From: Pasteurella multocida
GTDB lineage: Bacteria; Pseudomonadota; Gammaproteobacteria; Enterobacterales; Pasteurellaceae
NCBI RefSeq assembly: GCF_900187275.1
Contig: NZ_LT906458.1
Span: 420,001 to 452,000, forward strand
DNA length: 32,000 bases
Reading direction: 5' to 3'
Shown: in pieces, positions 10,321 to 19,831 of the stretch
How the letters are laid out: each line of letters opens with the position of its first letter
How positions within the stretch are numbered: the stretch's first letter is position 1
Notes under the pieces: model-generated
Told to the model about the DNA's origin: nothing
Databases searched by the model: none
The model's input: the letters and a program-made list of their open reading frames with translations, nothing else
Program-made: the position numbers and the translations under genes

Positions 10321-10950
10321 ATGGGAAAGAAAAAACGTTCAGCGAGTTCTTCTCGCTGGCTAAATGAGCATTTTAAAGATCCGTTTGTCCAGAAAGCACA
10401 TAAACAAAAATTGCGTTCACGTGCCTATTTTAAGTTAGATGAGATCCAACAAACTGATCGTTTATTCAAGCCCGGTATGACCGTGGTCGATTTAGGTGCA
10501 GCGCCGGGTGGCTGGTCACAATATGTCGTTAGCCAAATAGGTGGTGCGGGACGCATTATCGCCTGTGATATTTTGGAAATGGATCCGATTGTAGGCGTCG
10601 ATTTTTTACAAGGCGACTTTCGAGATGAAAAGGTGTTAGCAGCGTTATTAGCGCGTGTTGGTGAAGGTAAAGTGGACGTGGTGATGTCAGATATGGCGCC
10701 TAATTTTAGTGGTATGCCGTCGGTAGATATTCCGCGTGCGATGTATTTAGTTGAGCTGGCACTGGATATGTGTAAACAAGTGCTTGCGACAAAAGGCAGT
10801 TTTGTCGTAAAAGTTTTTCAGGGTGAAGGTTTTGATGAATACTTGAGAGAAATTCGTTCTCTCTTTAGTGTTGTAAAAGTGCGGAAACCTGAGGCTTCTC
10901 GAGGTCGTTCTCGTGAGGTGTATATTGTTGCAACCGGTTATAAAGGATAG
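10321..10950 (+). CDS. rlmE: 23S rRNA (uridine-2'-O-)-methyltransferase RlmE (FtsJ/RrmJ)
   Basis: [54 protein letters not shown]. Confidence 0.96.
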
Positions 10951-11072
10951 GCTTACTTACGTTGAGTAAGTTTATTCGTTAATGACTATTGATGGGATAA
11001 TTTCCAATTTCATTACAGATATAGTAATCTTTAGCAACAAATTATTAACGTTAAACAAAAAGAGGTCAAACC

Positions 11073-13001
11073 TTGAACGATATGGTAAAAAATTTAGTCC
11101 TTTGGATTGTGGTAGCTGTGGTAATGATGACTGCATACCAAGGCTTTAATTCAAGTTCGTCAGGAAATACCACTGACTATACAACCTTCATTACAGATTT
11201 AGGTAACGATCAAATTCGTCAAGCCCGTTTTGATTACAATGAAATTTTTGTTACCAAAACCGATGGCAGCAAATATACGACAGTCATGCCGTTAAATGAC
11301 GATAAATTACTCAATGATTTGCTCAATAAGAAAGTTAAGGTAGAAGGAACCTTACCAGAAAAACGGGGTTTATTCTCACAAATCTTAATTTCTTGGTTCC
11401 CAATGCTTTTACTCATCGGGGTTTGGTTCTTCTTTATGCGTCAGATGCAAGGCGGTGGCAGTAAAGCTATGAGCTTTGGTAAAAGCCGTGCTCGAATGAT
11501 GACGCAAGAGCAAATTAAAACCACTTTTGCTGATGTTGCGGGTTGTGATGAAGCCAAAGAAGAAGTAGGCGAAATTGTTGATTTCTTACGTGATCCAGGT
11601 AAGTTCCAAAAACTTGGCGGTAAAATCCCTAAAGGGATTTTAATGGTAGGACCACCGGGCACGGGTAAAACCTTATTAGCTAAAGCGATCGCAGGTGAAG
11701 CTAAAGTACCTTTCTTTACTATTTCAGGTTCAGATTTCGTTGAAATGTTCGTGGGTGTCGGTGCGTCGCGTGTCCGTGATATGTTTGAACAAGCGAAGAA
11801 AAATGCACCTTGTTTGATCTTCATTGATGAGATTGATGCCGTTGGTCGCCAACGTGGTGCCGGTTTAGGTGGTGGACACGATGAACGTGAACAAACATTA
11901 AACCAAATGTTGGTGGAAATGGATGGCTTTGAAGGGAATGAAGGCGTTATCGTGATTGCGGCGACGAACCGTCCAGATGTCCTTGACCCAGCATTAACCC
12001 GTCCAGGACGTTTCGACCGTCAAGTAGTAGTAGGTTTACCTGATGTGCGTGGTCGTGAACAAATCTTAAAAGTACATATGCGTCGTGTTCCGATTGCACC
12101 AGACGTCGATGCGATGACACTTGCGCGTGGTACACCAGGTTATTCTGGTGCGGATTTGGCAAACTTAGTCAACGAAGCCGCGTTATTTGCAGCACGTACA
12201 AATAAACGTTTGGTCACTATGCTTGAGTTTGAAAAAGCGAAAGATAAAATCAATATGGGACCGGAGCGCCGTACTATGATCATGACGGAGAAGCAGAAAG
12301 AATCGACTGCTTATCATGAAGCGGGACACGCCATTGTCGGTTATATCGTGCCAGAACATGATCCCGTACATAAAGTCACGATTATTCCTCGTGGTCGTGC
12401 ATTGGGAGTGACCTTCTTCTTACCTGAGGGCGATCAAGTCAGTATCAGTCAAAAACAATTAGAAAGTAAACTTTCCACATTGTATGCAGGACGTCTGGCG
12501 GAAGATTTGATTTATGGTGAAGAGAATATTTCAACTGGAGCCTCAAACGATATTAAAGTGGCAACTAATATTGCCCGTAACATGGTAACCCAATGGGGAT
12601 TCTCAGAAAAATTAGGTCCAATTCTTTATTCAGAAGATGATGGTGAAGTATTCTTAGGACGTTCAATGGCAAAAGCAAAACATATGTCAGATGAAACCGC
12701 ACATCTTATCGATGAGGAAGTCCGTGCCATTGTGACACGTAACTATGAACGTGCAAGACAGATTCTGATTGATAATATGGATATTTTACATGCCATGAAA
12801 GATGCGTTAGTGAAATATGAAACCATTGAAGAAGAACAGATTGAGCAGCTGATGAAACGTCAACCTGTTACACCGCCATCGGGCTGGGACGAAAACGAAC
12901 CGACTACGCAAACTAAAGCGGGGACAAAAGTTTCTCCAGAACCGAAAGGTGCGGTAGAAACGGAACAAGATTCCGAACATCAATCGCCTTCGGATAAATA
13001 A
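11073..13001 (+). CDS. ftsH: ATP-dependent zinc metalloprotease FtsH (likely TTG start)
   Basis: [26 protein letters not shown] region, [10 protein letters not shown] zinc motif. ATG at 11082 is the alternative start. Confidence 0.97.
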   Translation: MNDMVKNLVLWIVVAVVMMTAYQGFNSSSSGNTTDYTTFITDLGNDQIRQARFDYNEIFVTKTDGSKYTTVMPLNDDKLLNDLLNKKVKVEGTLPEKRGLFSQILISWFPMLLLIGVWFFFMRQMQGGGSKAMSFGKSRARMMTQEQIKTTFADVAGCDEAKEEVGEIVDFLRDPGKFQKLGGKIPKGILMVGPPGTGKTLLAKAIAGEAKVPFFTISGSDFVEMFVGVGASRVRDMFEQAKKNAPCLIFIDEIDAVGRQRGAGLGGGHDEREQTLNQMLVEMDGFEGNEGVIVIAATNRPDVLDPALTRPGRFDRQVVVGLPDVRGREQILKVHMRRVPIAPDVDAMTLARGTPGYSGADLANLVNEAALFAARTNKRLVTMLEFEKAKDKINMGPERRTMIMTEKQKESTAYHEAGHAIVGYIVPEHDPVHKVTIIPRGRALGVTFFLPEGDQVSISQKQLESKLSTLYAGRLAEDLIYGEENISTGASNDIKVATNIARNMVTQWGFSEKLGPILYSEDDGEVFLGRSMAKAKHMSDETAHLIDEEVRAIVTRNYERARQILIDNMDILHAMKDALVKYETIEEEQIEQLMKRQPVTPPSGWDENEPTTQTKAGTKVSPEPKGAVETEQDSEHQSPSDK

Positions 13002-13008
13002 GCCTCTC

Positions 13009-13041
13009 AAAACCCTTTAATCGAATGTTAAAGGGTTTTTT
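13009..13041 (+). terminator. Rho-independent terminator after ftsH
   Basis: AAAACCCTTTAA-tcgaatg-TTAAAGGGTTTTTT. Confidence 0.9.
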
Positions 13042-13133
13042 ATTTCCCTCTTGACGCGTTTTAACAATAAGTTATTTTTTCTATGACAATCTTTCGCTAT
13101 AATTAGCCATACCTTTCATCGTGGTAATCATCA

Positions 13134-13961
13134 ATGAAATTATACGCAAACAATAAAGTATTAGACTTATCTACGCCCCAAATCATGGGGATTTTAAATT
13201 TCACACCGGATTCCTTTTCAGACAGTGGTCAATTCTTTGCATTAGACAAAGCCCTTTTTCATGTAGAGAGCATGTTAAATGCAGGGGCGGCGATCATCGA
13301 TATTGGTGGTGAGTCAACGCGCCCTATGGCAGAAGAAGTGACGCTTGAACAAGAATTAGCTCGTGTTATTCCTGTGGTTGAAGCGGTGCGCCAGAACTTT
13401 GATTGCTGGATTTCTGTGGACACGTCGAAAGCCGAAGTGATGAAAGAAGCCGCTCAAGTAGGAATGGATCTGATCAATGATATTCGTGCACTACGTGAGC
13501 CAAATGCATTACTCACTGCAGCGGAACTGGATTTACCAGTATGTATTATGCATATGCAAGGAGAGCCCCGTACTATGCAGCAGAATCCGTATTATGAGGA
13601 TGTCGTGGCTGAAGTTTTCGCCTTTTTACAAACGCGTTCTGTAGAATGTATAAGCGCGGGCATTCGGCAAGAAAATATTATTTGGGATATGGGTTTTGGC
13701 TTTGGTAAAAACGTTGTACATAACTATAAATTATTGCAAAACTTAGCGCACTTTTGTGCTGCAGGCTTTCCGGTATTAGCGGGCTTATCCCGAAAATCTA
13801 TGATTGGGAATGTGTTAGATAAAGCGGTAGAAGACCGTGTTGTTGGGAGTGTTGCTGGTGCGTTAATTGCAGTGATGCATGGTGCAGCAATTGTACGTGT
13901 GCATGATGTCGAACACACAGCGGATGCGCTCAAAATTTGGCAAGCAACAATGAATGCTTAA
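13134..13961 (+). CDS. folP: Dihydropteroate synthase
   Basis: PQIMGILNFTPDSFSDSGQF, IDIGGESTRP, GFGFGKNVVHNYKLL; ftsH-folP-glmM order. Confidence 0.96.
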   Translation: MKLYANNKVLDLSTPQIMGILNFTPDSFSDSGQFFALDKALFHVESMLNAGAAIIDIGGESTRPMAEEVTLEQELARVIPVVEAVRQNFDCWISVDTSKAEVMKEAAQVGMDLINDIRALREPNALLTAAELDLPVCIMHMQGEPRTMQQNPYYEDVVAEVFAFLQTRSVECISAGIRQENIIWDMGFGFGKNVVHNYKLLQNLAHFCAAGFPVLAGLSRKSMIGNVLDKAVEDRVVGSVAGALIAVMHGAAIVRVHDVEHTADALKIWQATMNA

Positions 13962-13980
13962 ATAAAGAAGGATGATAAAT

Positions 13981-15315
13981 ATGGCAGAACGTAAGTATTT
14001 TGGTACAGATGGTGTCCGTGGCAAAGTGGGAACATTCCCGATTACCCCTGATTTTGCTTTAAAATTGGGTTGGGCTGCCGGCAAAGTCTTGGCGACGCAA
14101 GGGTCAAGAACCGTATTAATTGGTAAAGATACACGTATTTCGGGGTATATGTTGGAATCGGCACTTGAAGCGGGTTTAGCGGCGGCAGGGCTTTCAGCAG
14201 CGTTCACCGGACCGATGCCAACGCCGGCTATTGCTTATTTAACACGCACATTTCGTGCAGAAGCGGGGATCGTCATCTCGGCATCGCACAACCCTTATTA
14301 TGATAATGGCATTAAGTTTTTTTCTGCCCAAGGGACAAAATTACCAGATGATGTAGAAGAAGCGATTGAAGCTATGCTGGATGAACCGATGGATTGTGTC
14401 GAATCTGCGGAGCTTGGTCGAGCAAGTCGGATTAATGATGCGGTAGGACGTTATATTGAGTTTTGTAAAGGAACGTTTCCCGCTCACCTGAGTTTAGAAA
14501 ACTATAAAATTGTTGTGGATTGTGCCCATGGTGCAACTTATCACATTGCACCGAATGTAATGCGTGAACTGGGCGCGGAAGTGATAGAAATCGGTGCTAA
14601 GCCAAATGGGCTGAATATCAATGAGAAATGTGGTGCCACCGATATCAAAGCACTGCAAGAGAAAGTGCTTGAAGTGAAAGCCGATGTGGGACTCGCCTAT
14701 GATGGTGATGGAGACCGTTTAATTATGGTTGACCATTTAGGCAATAAAGTCGATGGTGATCAAGTTTTATTTATTATTGCGCGTGAAGCTTTACGTGCAG
14801 GTCATTTAAAAGGTGGTGTGGTGGGCACCTTAATGAGTAATATGAGTCTTGAGCTTGCGTTAAAACAGTTAGGCATTCCGTTTGTTCGTGCCAATGTGGG
14901 TGACCGTTATGTGTTGGAGAAAATGCAAGAAAAAGGCTGGTTATTGGGTGGGGAAAACTCCGGGCATATTATTATTTTAGATAAAAACACCACTGGAGAT
15001 GGCATTATTGCTTCCTTAGCCGTATTAAGTGCGATGGTACAGCATAACTTATCTTTAAATGAGTTAGCCAGTGCGGTGCCACTGTTCCCACAAGTGTTAA
15101 TTAATGTGCGTTTTGCTGGGGGAGATAATCCACTCGAAAGCGCTGCGGTAAAAGTAGTTGCAGCAGAGGTTGAAAAACGTTTGGCAGGTAAAGGGCGTAT
15201 TTTATTACGTAAGTCGGGGACGGAACCTTTAATTCGAGTCATGGTAGAATGTGAAGATGGTGCATTAGCTCAACAATGTGCAGAACAGATTGCGGATGTT
15301 GTGCGAGCTAACTAA
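13981..15315 (+). CDS. glmM: Phosphoglucosamine mutase (start at MAERKYFG; ORF track opens at 13972)
   Basis: [57 protein letters not shown]. Confidence 0.96.
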   Translation: MAERKYFGTDGVRGKVGTFPITPDFALKLGWAAGKVLATQGSRTVLIGKDTRISGYMLESALEAGLAAAGLSAAFTGPMPTPAIAYLTRTFRAEAGIVISASHNPYYDNGIKFFSAQGTKLPDDVEEAIEAMLDEPMDCVESAELGRASRINDAVGRYIEFCKGTFPAHLSLENYKIVVDCAHGATYHIAPNVMRELGAEVIEIGAKPNGLNINEKCGATDIKALQEKVLEVKADVGLAYDGDGDRLIMVDHLGNKVDGDQVLFIIAREALRAGHLKGGVVGTLMSNMSLELALKQLGIPFVRANVGDRYVLEKMQEKGWLLGGENSGHIIILDKNTTGDGIIASLAVLSAMVQHNLSLNELASAVPLFPQVLINVRFAGGDNPLESAAVKVVAAEVEKRLAGKGRILLRKSGTEPLIRVMVECEDGALAQQCAEQIADVVRAN

Positions 15316-15328
15316 TGTTTTTTTGAGT

Positions 15329-15361
15329 AAGCTGAGTCGATAAGGCTCAGTTTATTTTTTT
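15329..15361 (+). terminator. Imperfect terminator-like hairpin after glmM
   Basis: aagCTGAG...CTCAGttta followed by TTTTTTT. Confidence 0.5.
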
Positions 15362-15378
15362 AATATTGAGAGTCAATT

Positions 15379-15837
15379 ATGGATATTTTTGTTATGCGCC
15401 ATGGCGAAGCCGAAGTGATGGCGAAATCAGACAGAGAACGTCACTTAAATCGTCGTGGTATTCAGCAAGCAATTTCACAAGGTGAGTGGTTAAAATCGAC
15501 GATGACGGTAGATAAAGTGCTAGTTAGTTCTTATGCACGCGCTCAACAAACATTCGAACAGATTAACGGTGTCTATGCTAATCAATTAGCCGAGAAAGTA
15601 GAAACTTGGGATGGGATAACCCCTTACGGTAATTCACATACGGTAGTAGGGTATTTGGATGTTTTGGCGAAACAAGGTATCCAGTCTGTTTTGATTGTTT
15701 CACATCTGCCTTTAGTAGGAGAAATTGTGGTAACACTTTGTGGACGGAATTCTGTTAGCTTTTATCCTTCGACGATTGCGCATGTCCAATGGGATGGAAA
15801 AATAGGCAATATCGTGCAAGCAAAATATCCAGAGTAA
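15379..15837 (+). CDS. sixA: Phosphohistidine phosphatase SixA
   Basis: MDIFVMRHGEAE RHG motif, SSYARAQQTFE, VSHLPLVGEIV. Confidence 0.9.
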   Translation: MDIFVMRHGEAEVMAKSDRERHLNRRGIQQAISQGEWLKSTMTVDKVLVSSYARAQQTFEQINGVYANQLAEKVETWDGITPYGNSHTVVGYLDVLAKQGIQSVLIVSHLPLVGEIVVTLCGRNSVSFYPSTIAHVQWDGKIGNIVQAKYPE

Positions 15838-16113
15838 ATAAACACGGAAGTAATTTGTGTTAAATTTCATCAAAATGAAAAGTTCAATCATTTACATTAA
15901 TTCACAAACGCCATCTGATGTAAAAGTATTTTTCGCTTATATTCAATAAGTTAGAATCATACTGTGGCGTTTTTTATGATCCCAAAACACATGATGTTTA
16001 GTAAATAATGTAAATAATCATTTCTTTTTCATGGAATTTAATACACACTATATTGAACAAAGTATGATACTTTGTCGGTATTGAGTTTAAAAACCTCGTA
16101 AAAGTTAGGAGAA

Positions 16114-16806
16114 ATGATGAAAAAATCAGTATTAGCCGCATTAGTATTAGGGGCGAGTTTAAGCGTCACAGGTTGTTTTGATAAAGAGAGCAAAGCTGGT
16201 CAAGAAGTGGAAAAAGCGAAAGCGAGTGTTGTTGAAACCAAAGAAGCTGTTGTTAATGCAGCAAATGAAGTGAAAAACTCTGCTGTTGAAGCAGCGAAAG
16301 AAGCAAAAGAAACGGTTGCCACGAAAGTAGAAGAAGTGAAAGAAACAACAGCAGCTAAAGTGGAAGAAGTGAAAGCCGCTACTGCCGCTAAAGTAGAAGA
16401 AATGAAAGAAACTACCGCGGCTAAAGTGGAAGAAATGAAAGAAGCCAGCGCAGCGAAAATGGAAGAAGTTAAAGCTGCTACGGCGACAAAGATGGAAGAA
16501 ATGAAAGCGGCAGTTGCTGACGCGAAAAACGATGTTGCAGAAAAAGCAGCGGAAGTAAAAGACGCTGCAGCAGCCAAAGCGGAAGAAGCCAAAGCTGCCG
16601 TTGCAGAGAAAAGTGCTGAAATGAAAGACGCTGCAGCAGCCAAAGTGGAAGACGCGAAAGTTGCTAGCTCAGAAGCCAAAGAAATGGTAACAGAAAAAGC
16701 GACAGAGATGAAAGATGCGATGAAAGCGGAAGTGAATAAAGCAGCGGATGCAGTGAGTGAAAAAACAGAAGAAGTAAAAGAAGTGATTGTGCCTAAAGCA
16801 CAATAA
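16114..16806 (+). CDS. Ala/Lys/Glu-rich lipoprotein with 11-residue repeats
   Basis: Signal peptide and lipobox MMKKSVLAALVLGASLSVTGC; KVEEVKAATAA-type repeats throughout mature part. Confidence 0.8.
   Translation: MMKKSVLAALVLGASLSVTGCFDKESKAGQEVEKAKASVVETKEAVVNAANEVKNSAVEAAKEAKETVATKVEEVKETTAAKVEEVKAATAAKVEEMKETTAAKVEEMKEASAAKMEEVKAATATKMEEMKAAVADAKNDVAEKAAEVKDAAAAKAEEAKAAVAEKSAEMKDAAAAKVEDAKVASSEAKEMVTEKATEMKDAMKAEVNKAADAVSEKTEEVKEVIVPKAQ
16324..16521 (+). repeat. Six in-frame 33-nt degenerate tandem repeats (coding, KVEEvK..TAA)
   Basis: Units KVEEVKETTAA, KVEEVKAATAA, KVEEMKETTAA, KVEEMKEASAA, KMEEVKAATAT, KMEEMKAAVAD at 33-nt steps from 16324. Confidence 0.85.
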
Positions 16807-16817
16807 TGCATGGATAG

Positions 16818-16850
16818 AAATAGCGGAGGTATTCTCCGCTATTTTTTTTA
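16818..16850. terminator. Terminator between convergent lipoprotein gene and minC
   Basis: AAATAGCGGAG-gtatt-CTCCGCTATTT followed by T-tract. Confidence 0.88.
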
Positions 16851-16854
16851 TCCT

Positions 16855-17544
16855 TTAGGTTTCTTTTTCTAACAAGAAGTGAAAACGCAATTTGTCTTTG
16901 TCGGCAAAGATACGTACGGCTTCATGTTGGTATTCATGAGGCAAGTTGTCTTTATATAAAAAGCGACTACTCACAGCAATGAATTCCGCATCAAGATATT
17001 GGGTATAAATTGAACCCACATTGTTATTCACGCCAGCCATGGCACGTCCTAATAGCTTGCCATAAATATGTACATTACCGTCGGCAGCCACTTCAGCACC
17101 GGGTTCTACATTACCATGAATAATCAGATCGCTGTTTTTGGCATAAATCACTTGCTTGCTTGCAACATGTTGATGAATGATTTTGACGGGTAAACAGCGT
17201 GGTTCTGGCAAAATCTCGGTAAATTCACCGCTCTTACCCAACAAGGCTAAGCCTGATGTCATGATTAATTCTTTTTGCAGATGATTTGTCCAATCTGAAA
17301 CTCCAATAATATGAATATTAAATTCTTCACAGAGACTTTTTAGTGCTTGTAGATTGACTTTTTCAAGTTCAGGCGTGAATTGGAGAATGACAGCAATATG
17401 TTGAAAAATTGAAGGGGAGGATTTGATTTTTTTGCTTAAGGCACGTTTAATCACGCTGAGGCTAGAGCTATGAAGAGTAAGAAAAATTGATGAAAATTGC
17501 CCTGTACGAAACGCTACAATATCCTGTGCCATAACTCTATCCAA
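16855..17544 (-). CDS. minC: Septum site-determining protein MinC
   Basis: C-terminal beta-helix domain [36 protein letters not shown]; neighbouring divergent ycgL as in E. coli. Confidence 0.9.
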   Translation of the reverse strand: MDRVMAQDIVAFRTGQFSSIFLTLHSSSLSVIKRALSKKIKSSPSIFQHIAVILQFTPELEKVNLQALKSLCEEFNIHIIGVSDWTNHLQKELIMTSGLALLGKSGEFTEILPEPRCLPVKIIHQHVASKQVIYAKNSDLIIHGNVEPGAEVAADGNVHIYGKLLGRAMAGVNNNVGSIYTQYLDAEFIAVSSRFLYKDNLPHEYQHEAVRIFADKDKLRFHFLLEKET

Positions 17545-17625
17545 ATAAACAAATTACTTGTTTCAATCATAAAGAATTGTGCTAGGATCGGCAAATCTTT
17601 TTTGTTCGAATTGGAAGTTAAAGCA

Positions 17626-17877
17626 ATGTTATGTGCGATTTATAAAAGTACAAGAAAAATGGGGACATACCTTTATGTGGCAAAACGTGATCAATTTGAT
17701 GCGGTTCCCGAGGTATTAAGAAATGCTTTTGGTCCCCCTATTTTTGTGATGATGTTTAATCTCGCTGGCGAGAAAGCATTAGTTAATGCGGAGAAAGCCG
17801 AAGTCCGCAAACAAATTGAAACACAAGGTTTTTATTTACAGATGCCAAAAGAGGATGACTGGCTATTTAAGTTGTAG
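17626..17877 (+). CDS. YcgL domain-containing protein (start MLCAIYKS)
   Basis: [31 protein letters not shown]...[12 protein letters not shown]...LPKEDDW-like; position beside minC. Confidence 0.88.
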   Translation: MLCAIYKSTRKMGTYLYVAKRDQFDAVPEVLRNAFGPPIFVMMFNLAGEKALVNAEKAEVRKQIETQGFYLQMPKEDDWLFKL

Positions 17878-18256
17878 CTTTACTTGGTGTAAAGCGTGCT
17901 TTGACAGGCATTCTTTCTAAAATACGCGCTCTATTGGCGGCTAAGGCATGCTCAGTAGGGATGTAGTCTAACCAGAGGTTATCGTCCTCTGGCAACTTGT
18001 CGGGCCAAATATATTGCACATTAAACCCCCGAGCTCGACATTCTTGATGCAATAAGTCATAACGTTTTTTGAGAAACTGGAGCTTGTTAAAGAAAAAGCG
18101 TACATGCCCTGTACCTAATTTATAATCTTCTGGCTGACCGAGGAGGCTAAATTTCCTTTTTGCCACAGCATTGGGAATACGTGTCAGTTCTCTGTGTTCT
18201 GCTAACAGATGTTGATCACAAAGTTCAGCGGGGGCGATGAGATTAATCCGTGTCAT
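17867..18256 (-). CDS. Pyrimidine dimer DNA glycosylase, T4 endonuclease V (DenV) family
   Basis: [31 protein letters not shown]...[35 protein letters not shown]...[16 protein letters not shown] aligns by eye with T4 DenV, including T2, R3, R22, E23, R26. Confidence 0.9.
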   Translation of the reverse strand: MTRINLIAPAELCDQHLLAEHRELTRIPNAVAKRKFSLLGQPEDYKLGTGHVRFFFNKLQFLKKRYDLLHQECRARGFNVQYIWPDKLPEDDNLWLDYIPTEHALAANRARILERMPVKARFTPSKATT

Positions 18257-18315
18257 GAAAATCCAAGACTGTATTGTGAAAATGGCATCAATGATGCCAT
18301 TTCTCTGTGGGTGGT

Positions 18316-18618
18316 TTATTTCAGTGTTTCGATAAATTTTGCCACACTCTGCATATCTTCTTCAGATAAGCGAGATTTCGCGGCATTTCCGGCACCGATA
18401 ATTTGTCCTTCTTTACGTGCTTTGAGGGCATTGACAATTTCATTTGCCGGTAAATCTTTTAATGGACGTGATTGGTTTAAAGCGGATTTTTCCGCTTGGT
18501 TACCATGACAAAAGGAACAGGGTTTAAAAAGTTGTTGACCGCGTTCAACGCTGACATTTGCTTGTGCGATTGGAGCAAGTGCCAGCAAAATCCATAAAGC
18601 AGAGTCGTATTTTTTCAT
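18316..18618 (-). CDS. Small periplasmic c-type cytochrome
   Basis: Signal peptide; GQQLFKPCSFCHGNQAEKSA CxxCH haem motif; 100 aa. Confidence 0.88.
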   Translation of the reverse strand: MKKYDSALWILLALAPIAQANVSVERGQQLFKPCSFCHGNQAEKSALNQSRPLKDLPANEIVNALKARKEGQIIGAGNAAKSRLSEEDMQSVAKFIETLK

Positions 18619-18621
18619 TCG

Positions 18622-19149
18622 TTAACCTTTAAAAAATAAGTGTAAATCCTGAGCAGGAATTAAGCCCTCGAATTTATAAAGGATTTTGCCCTCGGGGTCA
18701 ATAACGAAAGAGGTGGGGGTGCCTACTAATTGGTAGCGTTCAGCCGTGATCTTTAATTGATCTTTCACTACCAAAAGGGAAATTTCTCTTTTTTTTACAA
18801 GCGCTTGTGTATCTGCTTTGTCTCCATCAACGTTAATCGCAATAATATGTAAATTATTTTGTGGGTAAGACTGGAGAAGTTGTTCAAAGGTTTTTAATTC
18901 TGCAATACATACGCCACAGGTTTCTGACCAGAAATTGAGGAGAATGGTTTTTCCTTTCCCTTCATTTAAAGAACGTTGTGTGCCCGCTAAATCAAAAACG
19001 GCAATTTCGGGGGCTTGCTTACCAATGATCGCGATGTCTTCTTTACATCCAATACAACTTAGAACGATTGTGCAAAGAAGCAATGGCTTAAAAAGTGCGG
19101 TTAACAATACGCTTGTTTTCATTTGAGGCTTCTCGTAGGAATTTACCAT
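18622..19149 (-). CDS. TlpA-like thioredoxin-fold protein, probable lipoprotein; start may be 19122 (MKTSVLL)
   Basis: TILLNFWSETCGVCIAELKTFEQLL (CxxC), VGTPTSFVIDPEGKILYKFEG; LSCIGC lipobox. Confidence 0.85.
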   Translation of the reverse strand: MVNSYEKPQMKTSVLLTALFKPLLLCTIVLSCIGCKEDIAIIGKQAPEIAVFDLAGTQRSLNEGKGKTILLNFWSETCGVCIAELKTFEQLLQSYPQNNLHIIAINVDGDKADTQALVKKREISLLVVKDQLKITAERYQLVGTPTSFVIDPEGKILYKFEGLIPAQDLHLFFKG

Positions 19150-19783
19150 GCTGTAAGAAAATAGTGCGGTCGGCCAGTTTACTTAGCTCAGGATTATGGG
19201 TGACCATCACGACTGTACGTCCTTGTTGGTTTAATGCGACGAGTAAATCGAGCACCAGTTGCTCATTTTTTTCATCTAGGTTTCCTGTCGGCTCATCGGC
19301 AAAAATCACCGGCGGCTGATTAACTAAGGCGCGCGCAATACACACACGTTGTTGTTCTCCGCCAGACAGTTGGCTTGGTCTGTGGTCGAAACGATGCGCC
19401 AGACCGACTTGTTGTAACACCGCCTTGGCTGCATCTTCATCAATTACACTGTGATAATGTTGTGCTAACATGACGTTTTCCAAGGCAGTTAAATAAGGGA
19501 TTAAGTGGAATTGCTGAAAGACCAGACCAATCTTCTCCGCCCGGAATCGTTGTCTGCCGATTTCATCAAGTTGTGCGGCATCGACACCGTCTAGGATCAC
19601 TTTTCCTTCACTGGCAGTGTCTAAACCAGTGAGAATATTCATTAACGTCGTTTTGCCTGAACCTGAGGCACCCATGATTGCAACAAATTCGCCTTCTTTA
19701 ATTTGAATGTTGATGTCTTCAAGTGCGGTCACTTGACCGAATCTTTTGTATAAATGTTGTGTTTCAATCACATAATTTGGCAT
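19088..19783 (-). CDS. ABC transporter ATP-binding protein (LolD/MacB-like)
   Basis: [53 protein letters not shown]; start MPNYVIETQ. Confidence 0.93.
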   Translation of the reverse strand: MPNYVIETQHLYKRFGQVTALEDINIQIKEGEFVAIMGASGSGKTTLMNILTGLDTASEGKVILDGVDAAQLDEIGRQRFRAEKIGLVFQQFHLIPYLTALENVMLAQHYHSVIDEDAAKAVLQQVGLAHRFDHRPSQLSGGEQQRVCIARALVNQPPVIFADEPTGNLDEKNEQLVLDLLVALNQQGRTVVMVTHNPELSKLADRTIFLQHGKFLREASNENKRIVNRTF

Positions 19784-19831
19784 TTTTTCATTTCCTTTTT
19801 TAAATCCGCAAAACAAGCTAATGAATTGACC

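Noticed and set aside
11234-12371. Several 60-127 aa minus-strand ORFs inside ftsH (e.g. 11441..11824)
   Set aside because: Antisense shadows of a strongly conserved gene with no family features.
14907-15242. 111-aa minus-strand ORF inside glmM
   Set aside because: Antisense to a highly conserved enzyme; no independent support.
16324-16700. Regular 33-nt repeats resembling a CRISPR array
   Set aside because: Repeats are contiguous, in frame and degenerate, with no spacers and no cas genes; they encode the 11-residue units.
16200-16811. 203-aa antisense ORF opposite the repeat lipoprotein gene
   Set aside because: Ser/Ala/Thr-rich mirror of the biased repeats, no recognisable start context; the sense frame has a signal peptide and lipobox. 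Arises because the repeated codons lack antisense stops.
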